In this document: positions 38,559-50,583 of the stretch, piece by piece
Position numbering within the stretch: the stretch's first letter is position 1
How the letters are laid out: each line of letters starts with the position of its first letter
DNA from: Felis catus
Taxonomy: Eukaryota
Length of the DNA stretch: 64,000 bases
Direction: 5' to 3'
NCBI RefSeq assembly: GCF_018350175.1
Contig: NC_058368.1
Span: 218,986,001 to 219,050,000, forward strand
The notes under the pieces: generated by a model
Databases searched by the model: none
Seen by the model: only the letters and a program-made list of their open reading frames with translations
Told to the model about the DNA's origin: nothing
Position numbers and translations under genes: made by a program

Positions 38559-39047
38559 AATCTCTACATTTAAACATTTCTTTGATATTTCTATCTCTTG
38601 ATATTTTTTCTCTATTCAATGCTTTTCCTTAAAATTTCCTTCTAATCATTCTGTTCCTTGTCTTTTATTTATTTTCTTTAAATATAGTATCTTATCTGTG
38701 TGTATTTTATAGTATGTTTATTGAATATAAGCAGGATACTACTTAAAATTATATAAACACATGAACAAGTATAAAGATACACCATATTTATAAATAGTAA
38801 GTCAATATCATTATTATATAAAGTCTCTCTAAGTTAATTTATGAGTTGATTCAGTTTCAGGAAATGTCACAGTTTAATGTTTATAACTAGAGAAGCTGCC
38901 TGTGGAATTTGGAAGAAATGTTTAAAAGAGTATTTACTCCTACCAAGGTTTTAAACTTACCACATCTACAACAGAGCAGTTTAGTATCAACATGTGAATT
39001 GACTGACATACCAATGAAATAAAGATGGAAAACTCAGAATTACACCT

Positions 39048-39271
39048 GGGGCACCTGGGTAGCTCAGTTGGTTAAGCCTCTGGCTTTGGCTGAGGTCATG
39101 ATCTCACAGCTTATGAGTTCGAGCCCTGCATCAGGCTCTCTGCTGACAGCTCAGAGCCTGGAGCCTGCTTCAGATTCTGTGTCTCCCTCTCTCTCTGCTC
39201 TTTCCCTGCTCATGCTCTGTCTCTCTCTCCTTTAAAAATAAATAAACATTAAAAAAATTAAAAAAAAAAAA
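39048..39271 (+). mobile_element. Can-SINE with 19-bp TSD
   Basis: TSD gaaaactcag(a/g)attacacc at 39028-39046 and 39272-39290. Confidence 0.94.
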
Positions 39272-39535
39272 GAAAACTCAGGATTACACCAAATGTATTT
39301 GGAAATTCAGTACAGAGTCATGAGAAATTTTAACTCAGTGAGAAAAAGACTTATAAAAATTATGATTGTTGAGACAACTACATTGACGATAAAAAAATCT
39401 AGATCGATTTCTCATCTCTACATCAGCAAATAAATAGATCAGGTAAACAAATGTATATAGAGTTAAATCTTATAATTTCCAGAAAAAAAAATGGGCGAAC
39501 TGTGAATTCTTAATGCATGAATCAAAAATGTATCT

Positions 39536-39757
39536 GGGGCGCCTGGGTGGCGCAGTCGGTTAAGCGTCCGACTTCAGCCAAGTCACGATCTCGCAGTCCG
39601 TGAGTTCGAGCCCCGCGTCAGGCTCTGGGCTGATGGCTCGGAGCCTGGAGTCTGTTTCCGATTCTGTGTCTCCCTCCCTCTCTGCCCCTCCCCCATTCAT
39701 ACTCTGTCTCTCTCTGTCCCAAAAATAAATAAAAACGTTGAAAAAAAATTAAAAAAA
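39536..39757 (+). mobile_element. Young SINEC_Fc-type SINE
   Basis: ggggcgcctgggtggcgcagtcgg head; TSD aaaaatgta at ~39524-39532 and ~39756-39764. Confidence 0.94.
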
Positions 39758-41942
39758 AAATGTACCTTATAAATATTTTAAAATTCAGTAACAATATAAA
39801 TTGATATATAAATTTGATTATGTTAAACATTGCATACCAAAACACCATAAGGAAATAAGAACAACAATGAAAAACTGAGAAATAAAATTGTAACTTATTA
39901 AATAGAAAATTATTTCTAAAGAATTTGAGAATTGATTCATTGAAAACAAGAGGACAAAAAAATTGGTGTGAATATTAAATGCCAAAAAAAAGAAAAGCCA
40001 ATGGCTTTTTCACATGTGACAAGAATGTCCACCTCAGTAATAAGAAAAAAAAACTGAATTGAAATACCATTCATTATCTCTTAGATTTGTAAAATTCTAA
40101 AGATTGGATTATACATTTACTTGGTAAGTTGTGGATCACAGGCACATTTTAATTTGTTGTTGTTGTTGTTTTTGTTGTTGTTTTTGTGGGAATGCAAGCT
40201 GGTATCACTTTGTGGGAAATTTGGCAGTATTTTTCAAAATTGTGCATTCATTTACCTTTTGAACCAGCAATTCTATTTTGAGGAATCTATTCTAAAACAA
40301 ATTGGCAAAAAAATATGAAATGACTTACGGACAAGGTCATTCATTTTAGCATTATTCAGAATAGTTAAAGACCAGAAATAAATGCTATTTAGGGTAACTG
40401 GTTGGAAAAATTATGTTGCTTAGGAAACTGGTCGAATAAACTATGCAAAATCACCCAGAAGAATGCTAAGCCACTGGAAAATGGGACAAAGAACTCTATA
40501 ATTTTCTAAGTAGCTATCTCCAAAGAACATTGTTAAATGAAGAATACAATGTGGGTAAATGTATATATAGTGTGCTATTTTTTTGAGTATCAAAGAGGAA
40601 TATACAGAAATATATGAACATTTGTTAAAATTTAGGGAGGAAACAGTAGAAAGATAAAATCTAAATAAAAATAATTACTTCTAGAAGCAGGGAGAAAGTA
40701 GTGGAAAACAGAGATCAATAATATTTTCTCAAAATACTATTTCCTTTAGTATGATTTCATGTGTGTGTGTTAATGTCATGAGGAACCAAGATTGTCAGCG
40801 TAAGAGTTAAAATACACATATATGAAACAAAAGAAGTTGAATAACATGCTTCAAGTGTTAATTTGGAATTATGTATTTACGTGTTTTAAGTGTGTATTTT
40901 TTCTCTAATTTTAAAGTGTTATTTCCTAGCATTGTTTATTGCTAAGCTCTAAAAACAAGGAATAACCTAGTAAAATAATCACTACTATTATCCAGGTAAT
41001 TGTACATAGATACAGTTTCTTATTAAAGTGATCCAGAGTTCCTTGGTGGGATTACTGATGGAGCTTCATGCCTTGTGTCATCTTGTCATAATTGAAAGCA
41101 AAGAATCATCAACAAATATGAAGGTTTTGTCATAAAATATTATGTGTCTATGTAAAGCAGGTCTGCGTTGACAAGATGGGACAACCTGATAGCCAGGAAG
41201 AAAAATAACTATCGTAAATTTAATAAATTTAAGTATATAGTTATTCTGAATTGATAACAACACTTCAAAATACTACTTTGGGAGTTTGTTGGAGCACCAA
41301 TGCATTCTTCTGAAAATTGAGAAATGATCAAGTTTTTGTCTGTCTTTGCTATGCTTTAGATTATCAAAATAGTTGATAATGATTTTTTAACAGAGGAATC
41401 ACAAATAATAAATGCAAAAAGAATGCCAGAGTTAGAAATTAATATATTTTAATATTAAACAATTAATGGATATTTATCAATATTTTAAAACCCAGTCATT
41501 GAAATGTTGACCCAGTGAAACTACATGAAACCACTGATCAATGATAATATCACTAAATGAGGGATAAATAAAAATGAGTGCCTCTTGATATGTTGCAATA
41601 GAACACAGAAATACTTTTCAACTCTCTTATTACAACAAAAATAAAAGCAAAAACTTCAATCTAATCAAATCTCTACATAACGATCAGTTGAAATATGGGC
41701 AATATATTATATATATTGTATATATGATATATATATCACATATAAATTATATTATATAAAAAGAAAATTCTAGCTTGTAGAAAATGAGTTGTATTCACAG
41801 ACATATGCAGTTTCTTTTTTTTAAGTTTTTTTTTAAATTTTAATTCCAGTTAGTTAGCATATAGTTATGTTAGTTTCAAGTGTACAGTATAGTGATTCAA
41901 AATTTCCATACATCACCCGGTGCTCATCATGACAAGTGCACT

Positions 41943-41954
41943 TTTTTTTTTCCT

Positions 41955-42004
<50 letters not shown>

Positions 42005-42441
42005 AGAGCACACACTAGTGACTGGGGGAGGGGCAGAGGGAGAGAGAGAGAGAGAGAGAGAGGAAAGCTCAAGCAGTCTCCACAACCAGCATGAAGCTTA
42101 ACTGGGGTCTCAATTCCACAGCCAACCATGAGATCATGACCTGAGCCAAAATCAAGAGTCAGACTGAACAAGGGATCCCTGGGTGGCTCAGTAGGTTAAG
42201 CATCTGACTTTGGTTCAAGTCATGATCTTGCAGTTTGTGAGCTCCAGCCCTGCATCAGGCTCTGTGCTGACAACTCAGAGCCTGGAGCCTGATTTGAATT
42301 CTGTGTCTCCCTGTCTCTTTGACCCTCCCCCCACCTCCCCCACTCATGCTGCCTTTATCTCTCTCTCAAAAATAAACAAACATTAAAATAAACAAACATC
42401 TTTTTTTTTTTTAAGAGTCAGACTGAACCACCCAGGTGCCC
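41943..42441 (-). mobile_element. Can-SINE (outer), split by a second SINE
   Basis: TSD tgacaagtgcact at 41930-41942 and 42442-42454; long (GA)n. Confidence 0.9.
42172..42412 (+). mobile_element. Can-SINE (inner), nested in the opposite orientation
   Basis: TSD aagagtcagactgaac at 42154-42169 and 42413-42428. Confidence 0.92.
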
Positions 42442-43236
42442 TGACAAGTGCACTCCTTAATCCCCATCACCAGTTTGACCCATTCTCCCCTCCTCCACCT
42501 CCTTTCTGGAGACCATCAGTTTGAGTTTGTTCTCTATAGATAAAAGTCTGTTTCTTGATTCTTTTTTCTTTTTTTTTTTTTGCTCATTTGTTTTGTTTTT
42601 TAAATTCCCCTATGGATGGAATAATATGGTATTTGCCTTTATCTTACTGACTTATTTCATTCAGCATTATACTCTGTAGCTCCATCCATGTCATTGTAAA
42701 TGGCAAGATTTCATTCTTTTTTATGGCCGTATCTTTATCCATTCATCAGTTAATGCACACTTGGGCTGCTTCCAATCTTGGCTATTTTAAATAATCCTGC
42801 TATCAACAAAGAGTTGGCTGAATAATTTTGAGTTAGAATTAGTGTTTTGTGTTCTTTGAGTACATATCTAATAGTGCAAAGGCTGGATATTAGAGTAGTT
42901 CTACTTTTAGCTTTTTGAGGAACCTCCATACTGTTTTCCACATTAGCTGCACCAATTTGCATTTTCATCAGCATTACAGGAGGGTTCCTTTTTCTCCACA
43001 TTTTTGCTAATACATGTTGTGTCTTGTATTTTTGATTTTAGTCATTCTTACCTGTCATTCTTATCTTGAAGTGATATCTTATTGTAGTTTTGATTTACAT
43101 TTCCCTGATGGTAAGTGATGATGGACTTCTTTTCATGAATGTGTTAGCCATTTGTATGTCTTCTTTGGAGAAATGTCTGTCCATGTCTTCTGCCCATTTT
43201 TTAAAGGGATTATATGTTTTTTGTGTTTTGAGGGTA

Positions 43237-43443
43237 TTTTTAGTCTTTATTTATTTTTGAGAGGGAGAGAGAGAAAGCATGAGCAGGGTCAGGGAAGAGA
43301 GACAGGAAAGGGAGAATTCCAAGCAGGCTCAGCACTGTCAACACAGAGCCCAATGCAGAGCTTGAACTCATGAGCCAGGAGATCATTATCTGAACAGAAA
43401 TGAAGAGTGGGGCATTCAACCTACTGAGCTAACCAGGCTCGCC
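43237..43443 (-). mobile_element. Can-SINE (older)
   Basis: tttatttatttttgagagggagagag ... caagcaggctc ... ctactgagctaaccagg. Confidence 0.85.
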
Positions 43444-43952
43444 AGGTGTGGAGTTTTATATGTTCTTTATATATTTTGTATACTAACCCTTTATCAGATA
43501 AGTCATTTGCAAATACTATCTTCCTCCATTCCATAGGTTGCCTTTTGGTTTTATTGATTGTTTCCTTTGCTATTCAGAAGCTTTTTATTTTGAAGTCCCA
43601 ACAGTTTATTTTTGCTTTTGTTTGTTTCCCTCACCTCATGACGTCTATCTAGAAAAAGTTTCTATAGCCGATGTCAAGGTTATATCCTGTTTCTCTTTTA
43701 GGATTTTGATGATCTCAGGTGTCACTTTTAGGTCTGTAATCCATTTTGAATTTTTGTGTTTGGTGTAAGAAAGTTGTCCAGTTTCTTTCTTTTCATGTTG
43801 CTCTCCAGTTTTTCCAATACAGTTAGTTGAAGAGACTACGTTTTTCCCATTAGATACTCTTTCCTGCTTTGTCAAAGATTAATTGACCATATAGTTGGGG
43901 GTTTCATTTCCTGACTTTCTCTTCTGTTCTATTGATCTATGTGCCTATTTCT

Positions 43953-44132
43953 TTTTTATAAATGTTTATTTATTTATTTTGAGGTGGGGGACAGAGAGAG
44001 AAGGAGAGGTAGAATCTCAAACAGGATCCATACTCACGGTGGAGCCTGACAGGGCTTGATCTCAACAACTGTGGGATCATGACCTGAGCTGAAATCAAGA
44101 TGGGATCTTTAACTGAGCCACCCAGGAGCCCC
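43953..44132 (-). mobile_element. Can-SINE with 18-bp TSD
   Basis: TSD atctatgtg(c/t)ctatttct at 43935-43952 and 44133-44150. Confidence 0.9.
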
Positions 44133-44187
44133 ATCTATGTGTCTATTTCTATGTCAGTACCATACTATTTTGATCACTACAGGTTTC

Positions 44188-44298
44188 TTTTTTGCTTAAA
44201 TTTTTATTTTAAATTCTAGTTAGTTAACATACATGTAATATTGGTTTCAGGAGTTGAATTTAGTGATTCATCACTTATATATAACACCCAGTGTTCAT
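44188..44298 (-). mobile_element. ~110-bp L1 3'-terminal stub inserted into L1 ORF2
   Basis: ttaaattctagttagttaacataca..cccagtgttcatc (L1 3' end) between acaggtttct and acagctttct. Confidence 0.7.
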
Positions 44299-45249
44299 CA
44301 CAGCTTTCTAATACAACTTGATGCTTCTAGGTTTGCTTTTCTTTTTCAGTATTACTTTGGCTATTCAGTGTCTTTCATGGTTCCATACAAAGTTTAGAAT
44401 TGTTTGTTTTAGTTCTGTGAAAAATACAGTTGATGTTTTGACAGGGATTGAATTAAATGTATAGATTGCTTTGGATAGTATAGACATTTTGACAATAATT
44501 GTTCTTCCAGTTCATGAGCATGGAATACCTTTCCTTTGTGTCATCTTCAGTTTTTTTTCATCAAGGTTTATAGTTTTTAGAGTATAGGTCTATCACTTCT
44601 TTAATTAGGTTTATTGCTAGGTATCTTATTATTTTTGGTGCAGTTGTAAATGGAATTGTTTTCTTAATGTCTGTGGCTTTATTATTAGTGCATAGAAATA
44701 CATATATTTCTGTACATTGATTTTGTATTCTGTGACTTTACTGAATTTGTTTATCAGTTTTAGCAATTTTGGGCCAGGGTCTTTCTGATTCTCTCTATAT
44801 AATATCATATCTTCTGCAAATAGTAAAAGTTTTATTTTTTTCTTACCATTTTGGATATCTTTTATTTCTTTTTGTTGTCTGGTTGCTTTGAGTAGGACTT
44901 CCAGTACTCTCTTTAGCAAACGTGATAAGAATGGACATCCTTGCCTTGTTCCTGACCTTACGGGAAAAGCTCTCAGTTTTCCAAATTAAGCATGATGTTA
45001 GCTGTGGGATTTTCATGTATGGCTTAATTATGTTAATTATGTTCCCTCTAAACCTAATTTGTTGAGGGTTTTTATCATGATAGTGTGTTGTACTTTTCAA
45101 ATGCTTTTTCTGCACCTGTTGAAATAATCATATGGTTCTTTTCGTTTCTTTTATTGATGTGATGTATCATGTTGATTGATTTGTAAATATTGGACTACCC
45201 TAACAACCCAGGAATAAACTCCACTTCATTTCATTGCGGTGAATGAGTT

Positions 45250-45251
45250 GT

Positions 45252-45295
<44 letters not shown>

Positions 45296-45515
45296 TCTTT
45301 TTAAACTATTTTTTTTAAATGTTTATATATTATTTTTGAGAGAGAGAGAGTGCAAGCAGGGCAGGGGCAGAGAGACAGGGAAACACAGAATCCAAAGCAG
45401 GCTCCAGGCTCTGAGCCATCAGCACAAAGCGGATGCAGGCCTTGAACTCACCAACTGTGAGATCGTGACCTGAGCTAAAGTCAGATGTTTAACCGACTGA
45501 GCCACCCAGGTGTCC
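45250..45515 (-). mobile_element. Can-SINE with (TG)n at its tail end
   Basis: SINE body at 45298-45515; short repeat tgaatga (45240-45246 and 45516-45522) also encloses the (TG)n. Confidence 0.9.
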
Positions 45516-46034
45516 TGAATGATTTTTTTAATGTCTTGTTAGATTCAGTTTGCTAGTACTCTGTTGAGAATTTTTGCGTCTATGTTCATTAGGGATATTT
45601 GCCTTAGTTCTCTTGTTTTGTGGTTTCTTTCTCTGGTTTTGTATCAGGATAATGCTGGCTTTTCAAATGAATTTGACAATTTCCCTTCCTTTTCTATTTT
45701 TTTGGAATAGTTTGTGAATAATAGGTATTAACTCTTTAAATGTTTGGTCGAATCCGCCTGTGAACCCATCAGGTTCTGGACTTTTGTTTGTTGGAAGTCT
45801 TTTGATTACTGATTCAATCTCTTTGCTGGCAGTTGGTCAGTTCAAATTTTCTGTATCTTTCTGTTTCAATTCTGGTGGGTTACAGGATTCTGAGAATTTA
45901 TCCATTTCTTCCAGATTGTCCAATTTGTTGGCATATAATTTTTCATAATATTATCTTATAATTGTATTTCTATGATATTGATTATTATTTCTCCTCTCTC
46001 ATTTGTGATTTTATTATTTGGGTCCTTTCCCTTT

Positions 46035-46269
46035 TTTTTTTCTTTTCTTTTTAATTTTTAAATGTTTATTTATTTTTGAGAAACAGAGAGGGACAGAGCA
46101 TGAGCAGGGGAGGGGTCAGAGACAGAGAGAGTGAGGCACAGAATCCAAGCAGGCTCCAGGCTCTGAGCTGTCAGCACAGAGCCCGACACAGGGCTTGAAC
46201 TCATGAACTGCGAGATCATGACCTGAGCTAAAGTCAGATGCTTAACTGACTGAGCCACCCAGGTGTCCC
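46035..46269 (-). mobile_element. Can-SINE
   Basis: Reverse-complement SINE ending gagccacccaggtgtccc; ttccctttt on both flanks. Confidence 0.92.
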
Positions 46270-47784
46270 TTCCCTTTTGTTCTTAATAAGTCTAGCTAGT
46301 GCTTTATCAGTTTGATTGATTTTTTTTTCAAAGAACCATTTCCTGGTTTCATTGATCTGTTTTACTGGTTTTGTTTGTTTGTTTGTTTGGTTTCTACATC
46401 ATTTATTTCTGCTCTAATCTTTATTATCTCTTTACTTCTGATGCTTTTGTGGTTTGTTTATTCTTTCTCTAGCTCCTTTAGGTGTAAGGTTAAGTCATTT
46501 ATTTGAGATTTTTCTTGCTTCTTGAAGTAAGCCTGTATTGGTATATACTTTTCTCTTAGAACTGCTTTTGCTGTATTCCAGTGGTTTTGGACTATTGTGT
46601 TTTCATTTTTATTTGCTTCCATGCATGTTTTTATTTCTTCTTTCATTTCCTGGTTGACCCATTCATTGTTTAGTAGCATGTTATTTAACTTCAATGTATC
46701 TGTGGTCTTTCCAGATTGTTTTCTTATGGTTTACTTCTAATTTCATAGAACTGTGGTCAGAAAAGTTGCATAGTGTGACTTCAATCTTGAATTTGTTGAG
46801 GCTTGTTTCGTGGGCTAATATATAATTTATTCTGTATAAAGTTCCATGTGCACTTGAAAAGAATGCATATTCTGCTATTTTAGGATGGAATGTTCTGAAT
46901 GTGTCTGTTAAGTCCATCTGGTCCAGTGTGTCATTCAAAGCCATCGTTTCCTTGTTAATTTTCTGTTTAGAATTTCTGTCCATTGATGTAAGTGGGGTGT
47001 TAAATTCCCCTACTATTATTGTATTATTATCAATTAGTTTCTTTATATTTGTTATTACTGGATATATGCACATATATACATATATTCCCATGTTGGAAGC
47101 ATAAGTATTTAAAACTGCTATATAATCTTGTTTGATTTTCCCCTTTGATATTATATTGTACCGTCTTTTTCTCTTGTTACAGTCTTTGTTTTAAAGTCTG
47201 GTTTGTCCAATATAAGTTTTGCTACACTGGCTTTCTTTTGACAGCCATTTCCATGACAGATGTTTTTCCATCCATTTACTTTCAATCTGAAGTTGTCTTT
47301 ACATCTAAAATGAATCTACTAGGCAGTGTATAGATGGGTCTTTTTTTTTTTTTTTGTACCTTTGGTTTTTTTGTTTGTTTGTTTGTTTTTTTCTATAATG
47401 ATTCCCTGTGTCTTTTGATTAGATCATTGAGTCCATTTACATTCAAAGTAATTATTGATAGCTATGCATTTATAGCCTTTTTATTACTTGTTTTGTGGTA
47501 TTTCTGGATATGTTCTCTGGTCCTTTCTTGTCCTTATCTCATGTTTTGCTGATTTTATTTAGCGATATATTTGGTTTTCTTTCTCTTTATTTGTTCCATG
47601 TTTATTAGTGGTTTTTGAAATATGGTAACCACTAGGTTTGTGTATAGCATCTTCTGCAAATAGTAGTCTATATTAAATTGATGGTCATTAAAGTTTGACT
47701 CCATTCTGTACTCCTCTTCGCATTTTTGATATATGTTGTTATATTTTATATTCTCTTATTTTGTGAGTTCCTTAACTGATTTTT

Positions 47785-47985
47785 AAAATGTTTGTTTGTT
47801 TATTTGGAGAAAGGGAGAGAGAGCAAGCAGGGGAGGGGAAGAGAGACAGGGAAAGGATCCCAAGCAGGCTCCAAGCTGTCAGCACAGAGATTGAAGGGCT
47901 CAATCTCATGGCTTGGGAGATCACAAATGACCTGCGTCAAAATCAAGAGTCAGATGCTTAACCAACTGAGTCACTCTGGCACCCC
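47785..47985 (-). mobile_element. Can-SINE (older)
   Basis: caagcaggctcc..gctgtcagcacag..cttaaccaactgagtcactctggcacccc; degenerate TSD tcctt(aa/gg)ctgatttt. Confidence 0.87.
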
Positions 47986-50469
47986 TCCTTGGCTGATTTT
48001 TTACAGAAATACTCATTTTGTTTTTACTTCCTTTGTGTTTCTTACCTTAATACTGTCACTTTTCCCTCAAAGAGTCCCTGGTAACATTTCTTGCAAGGCT
48101 GGTGTAGTGGTCACAAACTCTTTAATGTTCTGATTCTTTGGGAGAATCTTTATCTCTCCTTCTATTTTGAATGATAGTTGTGACGTATAGAGTATTCTTG
48201 GCTGCAGATTTTACCCATTCACCACTTCAAATATATCATGTCACTTCCTTCTGGCTGCAATGTTTCTGTTGAAAAATCTGCTGGCCTCATGGTTTTTCCC
48301 TTATAAGTTACGGTTTCCTTTTGTCTTGTTGCTTTTACCATTTTTTCATCACTTTATTTTTCTAATTTGTTTATAGTATGTGTTGGTGGGTCTGCTTTTA
48401 TTGATTTTGGTGGGAGTTCTCTGTACTTCCTGAATCTAGATAACTGTTTCCTTTCTTATATTACGGAAGTTTTTGGCTATTATTTCCTCAAATAAATTTT
48501 CTGTCCCCCCTTTTCTCTCTCTTCTTCTAGGACTCCTATAATAGAAATGTTATTATATTTGATGGAGTCACTGAGTTCGTAAGTCTATTCTTGTTTTGCA
48601 TAATTCTTTTTTTTTCTCTTTTCTTCAGCTTGATTACTTTCCATTACTCTGTTTTTTAGGTAACAAATTCATTTCTCTGCTTCTTCCTTCCTGTTCTTCA
48701 TTCTGTCAAGCATGTTTCTCATTTTGTTTATTGGGCCCTTTATCTCTTCTGTTATTCTTTATCTCTTTGTTAAGGGTCTCAGTCATGTCTTCCACTCTTT
48801 TCTCAGGTCCAGTGAGTATTCTATGATCATTGCTTTAAGTTCTCTATCAAGCATATTACTTATATCTGTTTCACCTTTATCTCTGACTGTAGCCTTATCC
48901 TGTTCTTTCATTTGGGATAAATTTTTCTGTCTCATCGTATTTATTTTGTCTGTTTCTCTGTGTCTGTTTCTGTGTGTTAAGAAAGTCAGCTATGCCTTCT
49001 GCTCTTGAAAGAAGTGACTTTATGAAGAAGTCCTAGAGTGCCTTCCAGTGCAGTGTTACCTGTTCACCAGAACCTGGCACTTCAGGATGCCCTGTGTGTG
49101 TTGTTTATACCCTCCTTTTGTGTCTGAGTCACTTTTCCTTTCAGTACAGTCATCTCCACTGACTCTGCCTTTTTGGGCTCTGCTTTCTCTCTATGTTGTT
49201 AGTCGGTCCCAGGCAGGCCAGGTCTGAGAGGGTGTGTCTGCTGAGGAACTTGAGAGTGGGGCAAAGATATTAGCAAAATTTATACAGAGCCACTAATCCT
49301 ATGCTGAAGCCCCCAAAGGGAAGCCTGGGGTGCAAGGTTGGGTGCTGCCTGTAACAATGGCTGGGATCTGGGCAATGTCTGGGCAGAGTCCATGGCAGTA
49401 ACTGTGCATCCAGTATTTCGGTGAAGCATACGGATGGGTTTAAAAAAAAAATTGCCCTCACCCCAGGGCCAAGACTAGCTTGGAATGGGCAAGTACTTGA
49501 GAAAACTTGTATGCATAGCACACTTCTAGTAGGTTAAGTATCAAGTGTCTATGTAGCCCTGCCTCCAGCACATTGTCCTGTGTTTATGCTGAGGGGCAGG
49601 AAAGGAAAATGACACCTACCAGCTCCTTCATTTTTGGAAAAGTCACCCAACACAATATGAAATCAGTATGAACATATCTGTATCCTCTTTGCCCCAGGCA
49701 TTGTGTTAAATGACATTTTTTGTTGTTGTTGTCTGTCTACACAGGCTACTGTCTTCTTAAGGGTAGCAACCCAGCCATTGGCTTGTCCACTGCTGAGTCA
49801 GCTGACTTTTAAAGCTCCAGGCTACAAGTCCTGCTGGTTATACAAACTCACAGAATTCAGCCCCTCTGGGTTTGGCTTTGAAAACCAGATGGCCTGAATT
49901 CTTCCCCATGTGAGCTCCCTGGTGAAAGGGCCCATTACTCTGTGCTCTCTTTGCACACAGCTCCCTCCCTTCTGTGGGCAGCCTCCCTTCTGCCTTTCTG
50001 ACCTTACTAACTTTTCAAAAGCAGATTCTTCTCTATATTTAGTTGTGGAGCTTATTCTGCCAATATTTGAATCACTCTCTGGTTTATTGACTTGGATGTG
50101 GATGATACTTAGTTACACACATAAGACGGGGTAAGGCTAGAGTCTTTCTCTGTCATCTTCTCAAACTCTTCATATACATTTTTTTTAACAGATAGAATGG
50201 GGAGAAAGGTAATGGGAGAAATGGAGAAATGCTATAAATTAATGTGATCTAAGACCTATATAAACCAGATAGAACATGTTTTATTCTGGAACCCTGTTTT
50301 GAACAAACAATGGTCATATATTTTAGGGAAGAGTTGACTTGGGGTAAAACGTAAAGGGTGTTTCTCTGGGATGACCACATACACTATAAAGCTCTAGTTA
50401 CTTCAAGGCAGTTTGTTTAATTTCTTTTGTGAGTGTTTCTCTGGTTTTATCCTAAATACAACTTTAATT

Positions 50470-50583
50470 TTAGCTGTTTTTGAAATCAGCCATCTTCGAT
50501 TTCCAGTCTTCTTGCTTTCTATTTAATTTTGCTATTCTTATGGACCATGTTGTCATGAAGTCTATTCCCAGCTCTGGGAAAAC
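50470..50583 (-). CDS. Candidate exon: VFPELGIDFMTTWSIRIAKLNRKQEDWKSKMADFKNS*
   Basis: Strong minus-strand acceptor ttttcctttttttgttctcaag|, 37 open codons then stop; non-repeat island; no homolog recognised. Confidence 0.2.
   Translation of the reverse strand, partial: VFPELGIDFMTTWSIRIAKLNRKQEDWKSKMADFKNS

Larger units (their letters stand above)
38750..41700 (+). mobile_element. Ancient L1 (L1ME/L1MC-like) ORF2 end and 3' UTR, interrupted by two SINEs
   Basis: Degraded L1 motifs (aagatacaccat..; gtgggaatgcaagctggtatcactttg; cttttgaaccagcaattcta; atgaggaaccaagatt..cagcgtaagag). Confidence 0.55.
41814..50160 (-). mobile_element. Near full-length older carnivore L1, heavily mutated, carrying 7 SINEs and a short L1-tail insertion
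   Basis: 3' tail at ~41814; ORF2 fragments ([38 protein letters not shown]); ORF1 remnant ~48060-48950; 5' UTR ending ..tgtcatcttc at ~50160. Confidence 0.88.
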
